A stretch of DNA of 64,000 bases, from NCBI GenBank assembly GCA_030141605.1, contig JAQGDQ010000028.1:372001-436000 (forward strand), written 5' to 3'. Made by a program: the position numbers and the translations under genes. Under the pieces are notes generated by a model. That model was not told the origin of the DNA and searched no databases. It was given only the letters and a program-made list of their open reading frames with translations. This document shows positions 13,597 through 27,400 of the stretch, in pieces. Numbering within the stretch: position 1 is the first letter of the stretch; every line of letters starts with the position of its first letter. The DNA is from Tubiluchus corallicola (Eukaryota; Animalia; Priapulida).

Positions 13597-15409
13597 TTGA
13601 CTTGCTGTCTTCAGTGAAGAAGCAATAATAATTGTTAGTGCTGAGTACTGCCGACAGGTAAACTGCTTGATGAACTGTAGTTGGTACATTTCTTGCCAGA
13701 CTGGTTCACAAAATATTCGCTTTTGTGAATGTGCTTTGTTTTAAAAGGTTATTTGTTAGCTTTTGTAAAAGAAATTTAATTAGTAATGTGTGCTTCTGTT
13801 ATCTTTTTCTTGTTTTTATAAAATAGTCAAATAATGTCTTTAAATTAGACACCCTTATCAATTTTTTTTAAAAATTTCAATGACACCTGAGAGGTATCCA
13901 GTAGGGTTTATTTCTTGTTGTTTCAAGCTGTGTGATCAGAAATTAGTTGTTATTGTTACGTTCTAAATATAGATTCAGTAGAATTTGTCTAAAAATGCCT
14001 GCAGTTTCTTTTCTTATCTCGTATGCTAGGTTGCAGTAAAGGCACAATGTGGAGTTTTCAGTGCAATTAACTTCAAGAACTAATTGCGACAACACTTTTC
14101 TGGTACCGTTAAACATACATAAAAATTCAAGAAGTCCTTATGATTCGAGTACATTTCTCTGGTTCAGTGTCAGTTATTTTTTTAAAAAATCATCTAATTT
14201 ATTGTTTATTGTAAATACTTATTTAGTTAAAGTATATTGTAAATTAATTTTCTTTTTTGTGACGTCTTCTACGGTATCCTAGTTAAACCAATTATGCCAG
14301 GCAAATCTCGCATATACTTCTGAAAGTAATCTTGTCATGTGATGTTACTGATTGCACCCAAGTTTACTCTAATTATGTAATTCGAATTATTTTGTTAATG
14401 TGCTCTCTGAAAAAATGCTTTAACTATTTGCAAGTTTCACAATACGTTAGCAGAATATATTTGATCTTTACTGGTAAATTATAATTGCTTTTTATTTTTA
14501 AGTTTTTACTTGTAATCTTGAAGTTGCTTTTCAAAAATGCAGTCTCAGTAACCAATTTGTATGAATTGTCTTCATTCTTTAAGTACAATCTTAAACTCTT
14601 TCTGGTAAAATTATGTTATTATTTATCATGTATAATAAATTGCAACAGTTTAATTATTATTAATATGAGTTTTGCAAATGTTTTCTAGAAATTTAACTGA
14701 ACTTGTTATTTAAATTGTAGAGGAATTGGTCTAATGACTGTTTGGTTAACATTGCACTGATGTTTCCTAGATCAGTTTGCATCTTCAATGCAGATAATAC
14801 TGTGTAGGCATTACTATGCAAGCTATAGGTATGTATAATTCAAACTGGTGAAACATTCAACTCTAACAGTAAAATAAAAATCTTCAATTTGCGAAATAAA
14901 ACCTATTCCATGTTTATTATCTAAATATAATACTCCTAATTGCACTCAAATACAGATCGTCATTAAATTTTAACAATTTCAGAGTATTAGTTTAACACTG
15001 ACATTAGTTGAACTAGATGTAGCACCATTTACAGTAAAAAAAGAGACTACCTCAAAAACCAAATGAAAAATTCAACGTTGGTTGCCTATGAACCAAATAT
15101 TTTACCCCGGGGTTATGTAATTACACAATACATATGGCAACAAATTCAACAATAGAAAATTAAAAAAGTAATAAAAAAGTTAGCACCTGATGAGACAATA
15201 ATTAAATATATACCATTCAATAAATGATTGAAAGGCGACATTTCAGGATCAATGATGGCACACAAAAATATACGACTTAAAGAAAATATTGAACAGTACA
15301 AAAAATCCCAAATAAAAAAATCGTGTTATCGTATTTACTATTACAGTATAAAAAAGTAATTATTAATACAGTATAATTTCAATTCTTACAAATTTCTCGG
15401 TGCACTCAC

Positions 15410-15440
<31 letters not shown>

Positions 15441-15519
15441 TCTAATTAATTAATTACTACTCTAATTTATTACTACTTCTATTTGCAAACATAGAAAATA
15501 AAGTGTCAAGCAACAGAAC

Positions 15520-16200
15520 AAAACAGCTGTGAAATGGCAAATGCTGTGTCCACATGTTTCAAGTCAAGTGTGCATTAGTGACCCTAAATATTCCAGGACC
15601 TCACTAGCAGTAGTTTGATGTGCCAACTTTAATTTGCTTTGCCTCAGTGCCTTAAAGACTATGTAAAGCCTCATAAAGCCCTATGACTTTTCACTTCAGG
15701 TATCATAGCGACCCTTTCCTTGCTACTGCTATCCATGTGTTGAGAATGGCTGACTTGGGTTCAATAGGAGTTGCAAATATAAATGCAAAATACTTGGTGC
15801 CTAATATAAAATCCAGCCAATCAATGTCAACCTCAAGATCAAATATCTTATAGTGACCTTTACCCCACTAGCCAAAACTACCGATTTATGTATCAAATGT
15901 GACTGACAAGGCTTTTCTGGCTTTATAATACAATGCAAAATGTGGGCATGAAAAATATTCTGCACCAGATGTAAGTTCCGATCTGAAAGGAAAAGTGATA
16001 ACTTTCCCCCTGCAAATGCTAATACTACCCATGTGGAAATTTACTCGTCTTGGCTTCAGTGGCATTACAGACATAATAAACATCCTCGGAGAGCTCCATT
16101 GCCAACAGTTTGTTAAGGGGAGATAATGAAACTTTGAAGTTAACTCTGCTTAAGGTATGAAGCAGCCACTGGCCATCACTGGAATATAGAAGTGTACGGC
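15520..16200 (-). mobile_element. Degenerate non-LTR retrotransposon RT fragment (L1/Tx1-like)
   Basis: Minus-strand remnant LSPL..LLAMELS resembles the RT motif PLSPLLF.LAME.L; heavily decayed. Confidence 0.35.
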
Positions 16201-16360
16201 AGTATGAAAATCCGTTCAACATACTTAACATATTTAACAACATAAGAAGTACAAGTGACAACTATTCAGTGATTGACAATAAAAGCAAAATAAAATGTTA
16301 AATATTACCTATAAAATAACAAAGTTTTTTAAGGGTGTAACAATGAGAAAGGATGTGGCC

Positions 16361-16543
16361 TACAGTTAGTGAACTGCAAGTACATTGTTAACGATTTGAT
16401 TTGCAGTTACTAAACTGCAAATACTTTATTAACGATGTCGCTTGCAGTTAGCATTATCAATATCGCTTGTAGTTACTGAACTGCAAACAAATTGTTAAGA
16501 ATGTGGGTTGCAGTTAGTGAACTACAAATACATTATTAACAAT
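16361..16543. repeat. Minisatellite of about four ~40-bp units, each carrying the palindrome TTGCAGTT-N4-AACTGCAA
   Basis: Repeated (g/a)cagttag/ct(g/a)aactgcaa.tac.tt.ttaacgat units, visible directly. Confidence 0.7.
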
Positions 16544-17184
16544 ATTTGAAATAAACCACACAACATTTTGAGCAATTTTTATACCTAGCCATGTCCTAAT
16601 TTTATAGCCAACAATATTATAAATACAATTACAGTCACTTAACAAGCACAATGATAATGACTGAAATTATTCTACAGTAAAATGTATTTAAATATTATAA
16701 AAACTATTCATGGTTAGTAATTTAAAAGTGTTAATAAAAGTACCGCAAACTATAAAACTATCAAAGTTAGCAATAATCAATTCGGATTAATTAAGACTCG
16801 TCACACTAAGCTGATCACCATAATTACCATTGTGATATTGTTATGTCATACGATAACAACTGAGAGAACCACTTTTTGTGAGAGAAAAGAGATTTGCTAT
16901 GAAAATCGAAAACAGTCAAAGCTATCTGACTATACAAACAATTGTCAATGAAGACACTCAGTTCCATATTTAATAAACTAGTTGGCTGATATGCCAATTC
17001 ATTGTTTGTAAATCACCAATGAAATGCATTAAAAGCAAATTCTTTTTTTCTAGTTAACTATGTGCACCATAATCTTGTTTATTAGTAATGAGAGCTGTTA
17101 CTACAATAAGGTGAGACAATGCTTTGATTAAATAAAGAATGGTGTATTTTTGTAGGTTCAATTTACAAGTATCTTTGTTATATA

Positions 17185-18261
17185 CATTAGTGTACAGAAG
17201 GGGAGGCAGGGGGTGCAATGCCCCGGGCATCTATATAGGGAGGGTATTATATCAAAGAGTGAGTTCTTCAAATTTGAAATTGTCTCTGTTAACTTTGTTG
17301 TACAAGTGCCCTACAGACCCGCAAGCTGGTGTAGAAGGACCGGAGTAGAAAATCTGTTACATCTAAATACTGTGCATTGCATACAGATTACTGCTTACCA
17401 TCGCATTTTCAATTGCAACTTGTGAAATGTCGTTTTCAAAACTGAAATTAATAAAAACACATCTGGGGTCTTCCATGTCACAAGAGCGACTGACCAACCT
17501 TGCTTTGAACAGCATTGAAAAAGAGTTCCACACAGTTGATGTAAAAAATGAAGTAGTTGAAGTGTTTTCTGACAAGAGATCACGTTTACTGTTGAAACCT
17601 TAACTTAGTATTTTCACAAGCTTCTTAAAGTGCTGTTGCCAAATATCAGTTTTTTTATTAGTTTTCAATCATATTGCTTTATAACATATTATTTCAGCTG
17701 ATAGCATTGTGTTGTATTGAAAAACGACCACACTGATTGTGATTCTCAAGTTTTCTCCATTGTAAAAAACTCCTGAAAGCAGCTTAATCAATCATTTTTA
17801 CTTGTATTGTAATGGTTTAATTTATTAGCTTTATTAGTGTTAAATGTGCGATTAACTTTTACGTTATTTGTTCTAATGTACTATCAAAACCTTGGCTTAG
17901 TAATTTCACATGCTTCTTAAAACGCTATTGCCAAATAACAGTTTTTTATCTGTGCTAAATTACTGGCATGTTAACAGTCATACACTTAACATGTATTTAC
18001 TGTTAATCAGTAAAAAATTAGTGGTAAATAAAAAGATTATTCTACGTATCTCTCTATCAATCTATTTGGGCAACCGAACTTAATAAACGGGCCGATTTAT
18101 ATTTAATTTGGATAAAGGGTTTATTTCATGTTTCATCTGTTTTATATTCTTAAAATGTCTTCATTTCTCAGTACTAGGTCCTATAGGCCCCCTACTTGAG
18201 TCTTAGGGACATACAATCAAGGAATTGGACCCGGGCATCACTAAAGCTCTGTACGCCACTG
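17185..18261 (+). mobile_element. Internally deleted hAT DNA transposon
   Basis: Perfect 8-bp TSD GTTATATA (17177-17184, 18262-18269). Imperfect TIRs CATTAGTGTACAGA / TCTGTACGCCACTG. hAT dimerisation-domain remnant ATCEMSFSKLKLIKTHLGSSMSQERLTNLALNSIE at ~17410-17520. Confidence 0.88.
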
Positions 18262-18437
18262 GTTATATATATCATGTGGAGCTGACAAAAAACATTGCCT
18301 GGTCATATTTGACAAAAGCAATTAATCTAGTCCAAGATAAGATTGTAATCAATAATCTCAGACAAATATTTTCATTATGTAAAGAACAGGTACACTGTAA
18401 GAATGATTAACAAAGTAGAAAATGGAAATAACAATGT

Positions 18438-21400
18438 TTAACTACCAAAGAAATGAAAGTCTAACAAGATATCATGGATTACTTTTCTATTTGACCATAA
18501 GATGAATCCTGCAATGGCTGTAACAGCAAGAAGAGAGAAGTTTCGCACATGTCTTAAAACCTGTAACATGAATGAAAAAAATGTAAACAAAGAAAAAAGA
18601 AAGCTTTCCATGGTTCCACTCGAGGTGTGTGTTGCTAATTTTGATAGTAAATGCCTTTCACTCTATGTATTCTTTCACTTCATCATCTCCTTACTTTGTC
18701 ATTTGAAATGGTTTGAACATGCCTGTTGGAGTACTTCGTTTACCTGGGCAGAAAAAGCAATACCTGTTCTGGACAGTAAAAATCGGAGTTTTCACTGGTA
18801 CAGACACTCGTTGTTGATCTGGTCAGTGGGCATGGTTCCAACATACCTGTAGCTGATGTATTTTCTGGAAAGGCTGGTACACAATTTGTGGTGTAACTTC
18901 TTTATCAAGGAGAGCTGAGCTACATGTTGTTGGTGGCAAAAAGGACAGTGTTCCTGTTGTATAGCCTGTTTTTTTCTCAGCCTCATTGCTGTTACATGGT
19001 TTGGAGAGCTGGACAAGCTACAGCAGTGTGATGTTGTTCCATTCCAATCAGCTGCTTGTATGTTGCTATTGCAGTCTACAAAAGGTGCTAGAAGCTGTTG
19101 GTTCAGCTGTTATTATCTGCTTTGTTATGGCGCATGGAGGATCATCATGTTGCCAGCGTGAGTGTTGTCATAGAGGGAGGAGGATCATCGTATTGTGCAG
19201 AATATAGTCACGAACATTCAAATAAGTTATGTGCATTGATTTTCTTATTCTTGTCTTTCCTAGAGGGTTTTGAGTAGCAAGCCATTCATTGTGATTTAGA
19301 ACTGTTGATATTGAATTTGTGTTTTGCTTTGTTTTCTGTTTACAATGGCTTTAAAATTTATATTTAATCTTGGTTTTTTGTTTTCAGCTAATTATCCTTT
19401 AGCAATTAAATAGTATTACTTTCATCATTACATAAAAATTAGAGATGCCTCAGCCTCAGCCCCGGCACATTATACATTATAGTCCATTCATCAAAAACAT
19501 CTTATTCAGAAAAACGACAGTGTGCAAAACAAACCGCGGGTTGCCTGAACTAAGGTTCAAACAGTCAGAACAAAAGCGAAACAAAAGAGCCGGCTGAAGT
19601 GATTGCAAAGAGTCATACCTGATCTTGCCAGACTTTTCTTTCTGCTACTTCACTAAACCTAATCCTCGTGTACATTACCTGTAAAAAAATATTGGCTGAA
19701 ATGAATGTGCTTATCTGTGAAACACAAATACATGAAAATTTTTAACCAAAGCAAATTTGGTTAAAGCATATAAGCTGCAAGATAAGTTCACATTAACAAT
19801 TTTTCTGCTATGGAAAATAGGCGTGCTTTTAAAAGACTTTTGCTTCTTAAATGATTTTATCACTCATCACAGTATTGCATAAAATGGTGATTTAATTTTC
19901 AAAAGATGCGACTCCAACTTCAAATGACATTCAAAAGCTGCTATTACCAAGTGAATGTCTGACATTATCTTACCCAGTATAAAACATGCAACTAAAATCC
20001 AACATGTGCAGCACGTTGACATAATTTAATGTATGTCGGCTTACCATGCTGTAGAGAGGTATCCATGCTGATGGAAAAAGCTTGTTAAGAAATTTGTCAA
20101 TTTTCTTTCTTCTCACATACCAGGCGTGATTCACATGGTCTCTCATCTGTTTGAAAAACATTTCTTAATCAGAAGAAAGCCAGTAAAATGGAAAAAAATT
20201 CTTTCCAAACAAAGACATTTTACATTTAATTCCACCATCTTGACAAGTGGTCAGTCTAACAAAGTTGATCTTTCCGCTTTTTTATTAGTCATTTCTTTAG
20301 CAGTTATCTGAGAATTAGCCGCTCCAAGACTTGGTCAGCTGGTCTTTGTTTATTTCATTTTTTTAATAAATTCCCAGTCAAATTACTTCATTTTAACTGT
20401 TTCACAGGTAACACAAGCAAGCAATGCAGTAACCACAGAATGTGAAACGTGTTATTAACATCTATATTTGTACAGAAGTCACCACTTAATAAAGCTAACA
20501 TGAGACCAGCAATTAATAGTCTTAATAAATGTGGTTGTTATTAATTGGTGGCCTCTTGAAGCTTGTGTATTTGGCAAAGTACAGTACATGACAGTTTTGT
20601 ATGCTGTGGTCGTATTAAATGGCGCGCTGGTTTTATTAGTCAAATTTTCTAAACAATAGTTTCTGCAGGAATAATTCCAGACCATGCTTATAGAGTTCTA
20701 AAATGCGGCTGGTTTTACTAAACGGTGACTACTGTAATAATGTCTTTATGTGCCTAACAATCACCATGCGTTTCATCAGTAACTTGTACGTACCTCTAGA
20801 TAATTTCTCATTGACAAATCACAGATGGCCTTAGCATCCACATTTCTGATTCGTGTAAATTCTGGCAAAGCGACATCTATTGAAAAAAAATCACTACTGC
20901 TAAGCTCAGAAGCTACTATATAATTTTATCCAAAATTGTTGACTGAATTGTTATTTCAGATCAAGGTGGCATAACCAGTGGCGTTGTGCCATAGGGGCCC
21001 GCCCCCCCCCCCAATTTTTTTAGAAAATGTCAAAAATTTGAAGGGTGTCAGCGGCTCGTAATGAGACCGGTAAGCAAATTTATTTCCGACTTTTTGACAC
21101 GCAATAGCGGGCCAGCGCTCCATAAATGCGAACAGTATGAGCATGAGTATGTGTTTACCTGAAAGTCAGGATGTAGTTAATTTGTTTGCATGTAATCTAT
21201 TCAGGAGGCAGGCAGGAACAGTTAACAAAGCAGCTCGTTGAGTAGCATTAGCGTCTTTGCACAAAAGACTGTTAGTTAACAAAACGGCTCAGTTAGCACT
21301 CGAGCTTCGTTCAGCAGTGTGTTATAACAGAAAATAAGTGAAACAATAGAGCAAAAACAATGCAAACATTGAAGTCATGTTGAGCTAGCCTAGTACCAGA

Positions 21401-24400
21401 GAGTCGGTTTGGGAGATACAAATTGATGAGCCACGGCTCAGCCACCTCCTGATTGGACATTACTGACTCCGCGGTCACGACGAGTCTGAAGATTCTGACA
21501 ATAAAGGAGTGTTCATGGAGATCACAAATCTTCTCTCTCGATGGACCCCTGACCTGGCTACACACCTCGCCAAGTCAAGTGCCAATCCAAAGGGATACCC
21601 CAGCTACACGTCTCCCAGTTCTCAGAACGATTTGATTAAGTGCAGCGCTGATGTGATCCGTTCTGGAATTATCAAGGACGTAAAGGCAGCCAAGTATTTC
21701 GCCGTGTGCTTGGACACTACACCAGACACGAGCAAGCAAGATCAACAGTCAGTCATTCTCCGTTATGTCGATAAAAGTGGAGTGACCTGATGATCCTTGC
21801 AGTTGAGGCTGAGAAAACAAAGAATATGGACTTGAAGTCTGTGGTTGAGCTCTTCTGGAGTGATGTTCTGCGTTGGATTCCTGACAGCTAATAAATGCTT
21901 AATTAAATTTTTAATTTTAATTAAGTTTCCGTTGCTATAGATTTAAGTTAAATGCCAGTTGGGAATAAATAAATCGTTTTTCTTGCACGCAAAATACTGT
22001 TTATTTTTTTTCAAAATTATACGTTTTTTAAACAGTTAAGTTCCGCCATTATATACAGTCGGGCCCCCCCCAATTTTTTTTGGTGCACGACGCCCCTGGG
22101 CATAACATAAGATAAGTAAGATTTGAAATTTGATCATAACGTTGAGTTCTAATTCTTAATAGGTTTATTATAATGCGATTAAAAAGTATCCTACCAAAGT
22201 TACTGTCGCACTTTTCCATTATCTCATCCAGTAATAAGCAGTCTTCGAAACCCTGAAGATAAAGCAAATTTAATTCTAAATGACAAGAATATCTATAATT
22301 AATGAAAAGTGCCACAATTTTCTTCTTCTGTTTCTCAATTGTGTGATTTTTCATTAGCCCTGTAAGAAAACAGCACAAAATAATTATACAATGAATTAAA
22401 GTGCAAATAGTAATAGTGGATGAGACAGAAGCTGAAGCCATCAGACAGTCAAAATGGCGTTGACAAATTGCTTTTCATATCAACACACAAATCCAGACAC
22501 AAATACAGAAGTTGAGTTGCAATTTTTTTCACTTCTTTAACCCATATTTTGATTCAAGCGTCTTGTGGCTTTATCTTACTTGTTACTTTGTGCATCTGTA
22601 AGACCGTAAAATCACCAAAAAACTTCAAGCTCGTTATCTTTGTGAACTTACAAAAAAAGCTATTGCAAATGTTTTGGAAAATAACTATTAATATCTCCAT
22701 TGTGCATAAGGTTAATAAACATAAAAAACACTACATCCATGACTATTCACTCACCGTGTTCATGCCGGACCCATGAAATGGCACCATTGCGTGTGCTGCG
22801 TCACCCATTATCAATAAGCTACCATTAACGTGGTACGGATGACACTGAAAAAACATTCTCCAGTTTAATTTATCTAAAGCAGGTCTTCACAGAGAAACTG
22901 TATGAAGGAGAACATATAGATTAGATAGCCATTTAAGACATATTAGGAAAACCTTACATTTTTTGCTTACATCTTCTACATAGCATATACCACAATAACA
23001 CAGCAATAATGTGTCATAAAATGACAATGTATGCGGTGAAAGATCCAGCTAATTTTTTAGCTCTATTCGTAACTATAACCGAGCAGAGAAATGAAAGAAC
23101 TATCTTAAAAACAATGTCATTGTTTTAACAAAAAGCTGTCAAGTTTATCCCAGATTTACCTAGGACTTTTTTGGGCGTGAGGTAGAAGTTATAAAATTAG
23201 AATAAAATGCAAAATGGCATCAGAAAATTCTATTCTACTCAATAACAAATGTAAATATTTCTGGATGCTTTTGAACTTATATCTCACAGCAGCTGCTCCC
23301 AGTACAGATTCCTACCTTTACTTGTATTAAAGGTAATGGATCCAACTGAAAATAATCCTTCAACAAATTTTCCCTGAAAAAACAATAAAAAATAAGAACT
23401 GATAACCATTCTGCACTTGGGTCAATACATTCTCAATAAATTTATTATGTTGAGATATAAAGTATTCTACTAAAGTATTTCTCACATTATAACTGACACA
23501 AATTTCTTTCCTTATACATCATAATTATAGAACTTAATTTCTGTTCAATACAGCAGGTATGCATACATAAGTAATCAGGTATTTGAGTTTTTGAAATTTG
23601 AGTTGTATGCCCTGCAAATATGAATCAAAACTGTACATGAACTAATGCAAACAGAACATTTTGTTTTGTACAATTTGGCACTCTACAAGACAAGATACAG
23701 AAGGCGATCAACGACAGCGCATAATTAATTTTTGTATACGTAGTTATGTAGTTAGTGATGGGCTTGAGGCAGGACTTTAACCTAATTAATTATCAACATT
23801 AATGACTCAGACAAGACACTAAACCAGGAAAGATGTCTTAGCTATATTTGGGCACATATACAATCATACATTCTCTCTCAATGAGCAGCAATGTTTAACT
23901 TTTATAGTTATTTGTTTACAATATTCCACACATTTTTCTGGTTGCCTGAAAAAACAATACTATAAGACATTATAAAACAATCTTTAAAAATGATTTTCAC
24001 TACATTGTTTATAACATTAAATAAAAACTAGCTCTAATGCTTCTTCTTTGGTCAAGAAATTGAGCCACAAAAATACAGCAAAGTAAAAACGCTTTTCTAT
24101 CATAAAGCTAAAAAATATTCATAAAATTTTGTATCATCTACATGTCGTCTTACTGCACACATAGCTTCTATTAGCAGTAATGCTGTACAAAACTTGAAAA
24201 TTTAAATTCCCGTGATGACTGTTAGGTACGTTAGACAATCTTAAGAATAAGTTGTCTGAAACAGTTGTTTCAGATAACATTGATTAAATTTTGAAAAAAT
24301 AATCACAGCATTCGTAGTACACACTTTACTAACTAAGCAAAAGTTTAAATTACTTTATCTTATCAATAAAGTTGATAAAAATATGTTTTTGGTAAGCCAG

Positions 24401-27400
24401 TGATGTTTTTGGTTGCACAGTTGATAGGATAGTAACGTCTTACTAGCTGGCACGAACATTTTGAATTATTATGGATTTTCTTTGTGAGTCGCCTTTCTTT
24501 CAAACAGGTAAGGCATGATGCAAAGTAATATAACTGCATATGGAAAGTTTTCTGAGACACTTTAATTCCCTTTCGATTATTATCTACATTCTATAAAATG
24601 AAAATTGATGTTGTAACAAACTACAAAACCTACTTTCCCATCAAATGCAAGAAATCTGGAAAATTCTCACGAAAGAAATCAATACAGCCTTCATCCGATT
24701 GAATTCCATGAAAAACTTCGTATGGCATAAACATTGTGCAGGTAAACGTCTTGTCCAAGTTAGGAAGAGCGATTAGCATAAACTTTCCACGTGGCCAAAT
24801 GTGCAGATAATTAGCTTTCATTGCAAACTGAAAATAGTGCACAGTAAAGACCAGATAAAGCAAGAAATAACTCATTATGCAATAGTTGATTTTGAGTTAT
24901 ATGAACAGCTGAGTGTGTGCTTAGCAACTGAAGTTAGGCAATGCCGAGCTTGGCTAATGAATGGATAGGTGATTAACTGGATGACTAATGGGGGTTCAAT
25001 AATCATTCGGGGAAACTTTGTTTGTCATATTGCTTCCGTTATTTCTTTCATTGAAGGAGGAGGTAAATGCATCTCTACCAATTCAGAGTTTCATGTTAGA
25101 CTGTTAAAGGATTATCCTTGATGAGGTTTTAACATGTATCTGTCCCACCACAACTACCCACATTGAGTAAGTCCCATCGATTAAAACAGGATTTTGGTTT
25201 GCAGTGTGCATTTCCACAGGCATTTTAGGATGAATGAAGTATGAATAAGCTGCACGCATTGTCCTTGTCATAAAATTATTACTACATAGTGATAGAACTC
25301 ATACACATGAACACTTCCAGCAGTTAATGTAAAGTGGCCATTTCGAACCTTTGATGACACAAATGACTTTTCAACTTAGATAAAGAAGATACTTACTTCC
25401 CCATTTATGGGTCTTAAACACAGTTCTTTGTAAGCATGTGCAATATACTCCTGGCTGTAATTAAACTGTTGCCTCTTGAGTAGTGAAGTACGAACGTTAG
25501 AGTGAGCGCCATCACAGCCAATTATCACGTCAGCTTTAGCTTGTTTTATCATACCATCTGGTCTACAAATAAAATAAGACATATTCTAATAAGTTTTTAG
25601 TAATTTTACACGATTTCTTAGCTGGAGTTAACTGTTTCTGAAAGCAAGATAGTTTCATACGAGTGAAGCACAAATATTGATCTCTGAAAAGACACTGTGC
25701 AAATTTTTTTTGAGCCGAATCTTTGCAGACTAAGTTGAGCAAGGTAGATGATAACAATTTTATTATGAAAATTAGAGAATACTTACTTCTCAAATTTCAT
25801 TGTTCCAGATTCTGGATCACAGGAAATGAGTCTGTGTTTAAAGTGAAAGTGCACATTGTTGTATGCTTGTGCCTCGTTAAGAAGTGCCTCATTTAAACCT
25901 CTTCTGTCCATGGACAAATTGTACTAAAAAGTGTAAATACAGTATTATGTTAGCTAAGAATGTTTAATATTAGAAAATTCATTTGGTATAGTATACTTTA
26001 CACAGCATGCTTTGCATGAATACAATCCTGATCAAACATCACAATTTAAGCACCTTCCACAAAATCATTATAAGCCATAACTGTGAACAGATTTAGACTT
26101 TAGAATCACTTAGAATACTGTGAGAATTCAAGTGAGAGCACTGAAATTCTCACACTGTTTGACACAGCATAGACACATCTAGAAATACATGCGAAATAAC
26201 ACTGAAGACACTAATTAGTTTTCGCTGTTACAGTATGGGAAACAATAAATGCATGCAAATTTTATGAAAATATGTTCTTCTGACAGTTTATATTTAAAAA
26301 TAACACAAACTTTCTGTGACAGAAGGCACAAAATGCGTCCCTCCGAAGAAATGCATCAGCAGCAAATGGAAATCAATAAACCAACCTGACCGTCTTTTCC
26401 ATACGGAAGAAAATGGGCGGTGCCATCATGATCGTGAACCATCCGGCCATGCATGGGAATGCCCTTTTCAACAATGCGGTCTTCGATGCCAAGCGCACGC
26501 AATGCGGCTCTTCCCCGTTCAGCCATAGCCAAATTAATACTCTTGCCCTGAACATATTTCAAAGTCCTAATGTCTGAAATGTTAAAAACAGGAATAAGAA
26601 AAAGGCCAGCAAGCAGCAATTTTCAAACTTCAATTTAGGAAATAAACTATTTAATACTCTAATAGCTGTAAAATGCTATGTTAAAAGACTCGCTCAAGGA
26701 GTAAGTTGGACTTGCACAATTACAACTGCTTAAATAATAAAATCCCAAAAAACTGAAAAAACTGGGCTGGTGTTTAAGTGGTTTGACCTAATTTATCTTG
26801 TTAATGAATGACTTTTGCTCATTATTACAGTTAAAGGAAAACAGGATAACTTTTCATATCCTACTCCTTTTTGAAGTACAGTAAAATGAATACACTATAA
26901 CACCTATAATAATGCAAAAACGTTTCTAGTAATTAATTAAAAACTTAATTAACGGCAGGTAAGCCCAACTTGTGATTACATCACAACTGAACATAATTTT
27001 CCACAGCACAAATATTCCACAAATGTGTTACATGCCTCTTTGAAAGCGAAGCCTGAATTATAGTCCTACTGAACGACATTCAGTGTGACATACAAAAAAT
27101 TTGTGAAATTTTAAGTTTAAAATTCAAAATTCAAATTTACAACTGTGATCACAAATGAGTCCTCGAAAGTGTGCACAACATCACAACTGAACATTTCTGA
27201 ACAGAGAGGTACAGCACCTGTTTTTGTGCAAAGTGGATCTGAGGTACAGGCACTAGCACCAATCTAACTATAGCTGCTAAATGGCTAAATTCGTGTAACA
27301 GTGAAGAACTAGCCATGCAAATGCGATGCCAGGTTTCTGCGTTAATATTTGTTTCACGTAAGTCATTCTTGAAAAAATAGTACGCTCCCTTTCAATATTT

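Noticed and set aside
16361-16543. Palindromic repeats resembling a CRISPR array
   Set aside because: The intervening segments are similar to each other rather than unique spacers, there are no cas genes, and the context is eukaryotic.
18640-19300. Short Cys/His-rich ORFs in the last KMO intron
   Set aside because: Possibly a decayed transposon, but I could not recognise a motif well enough to call it.
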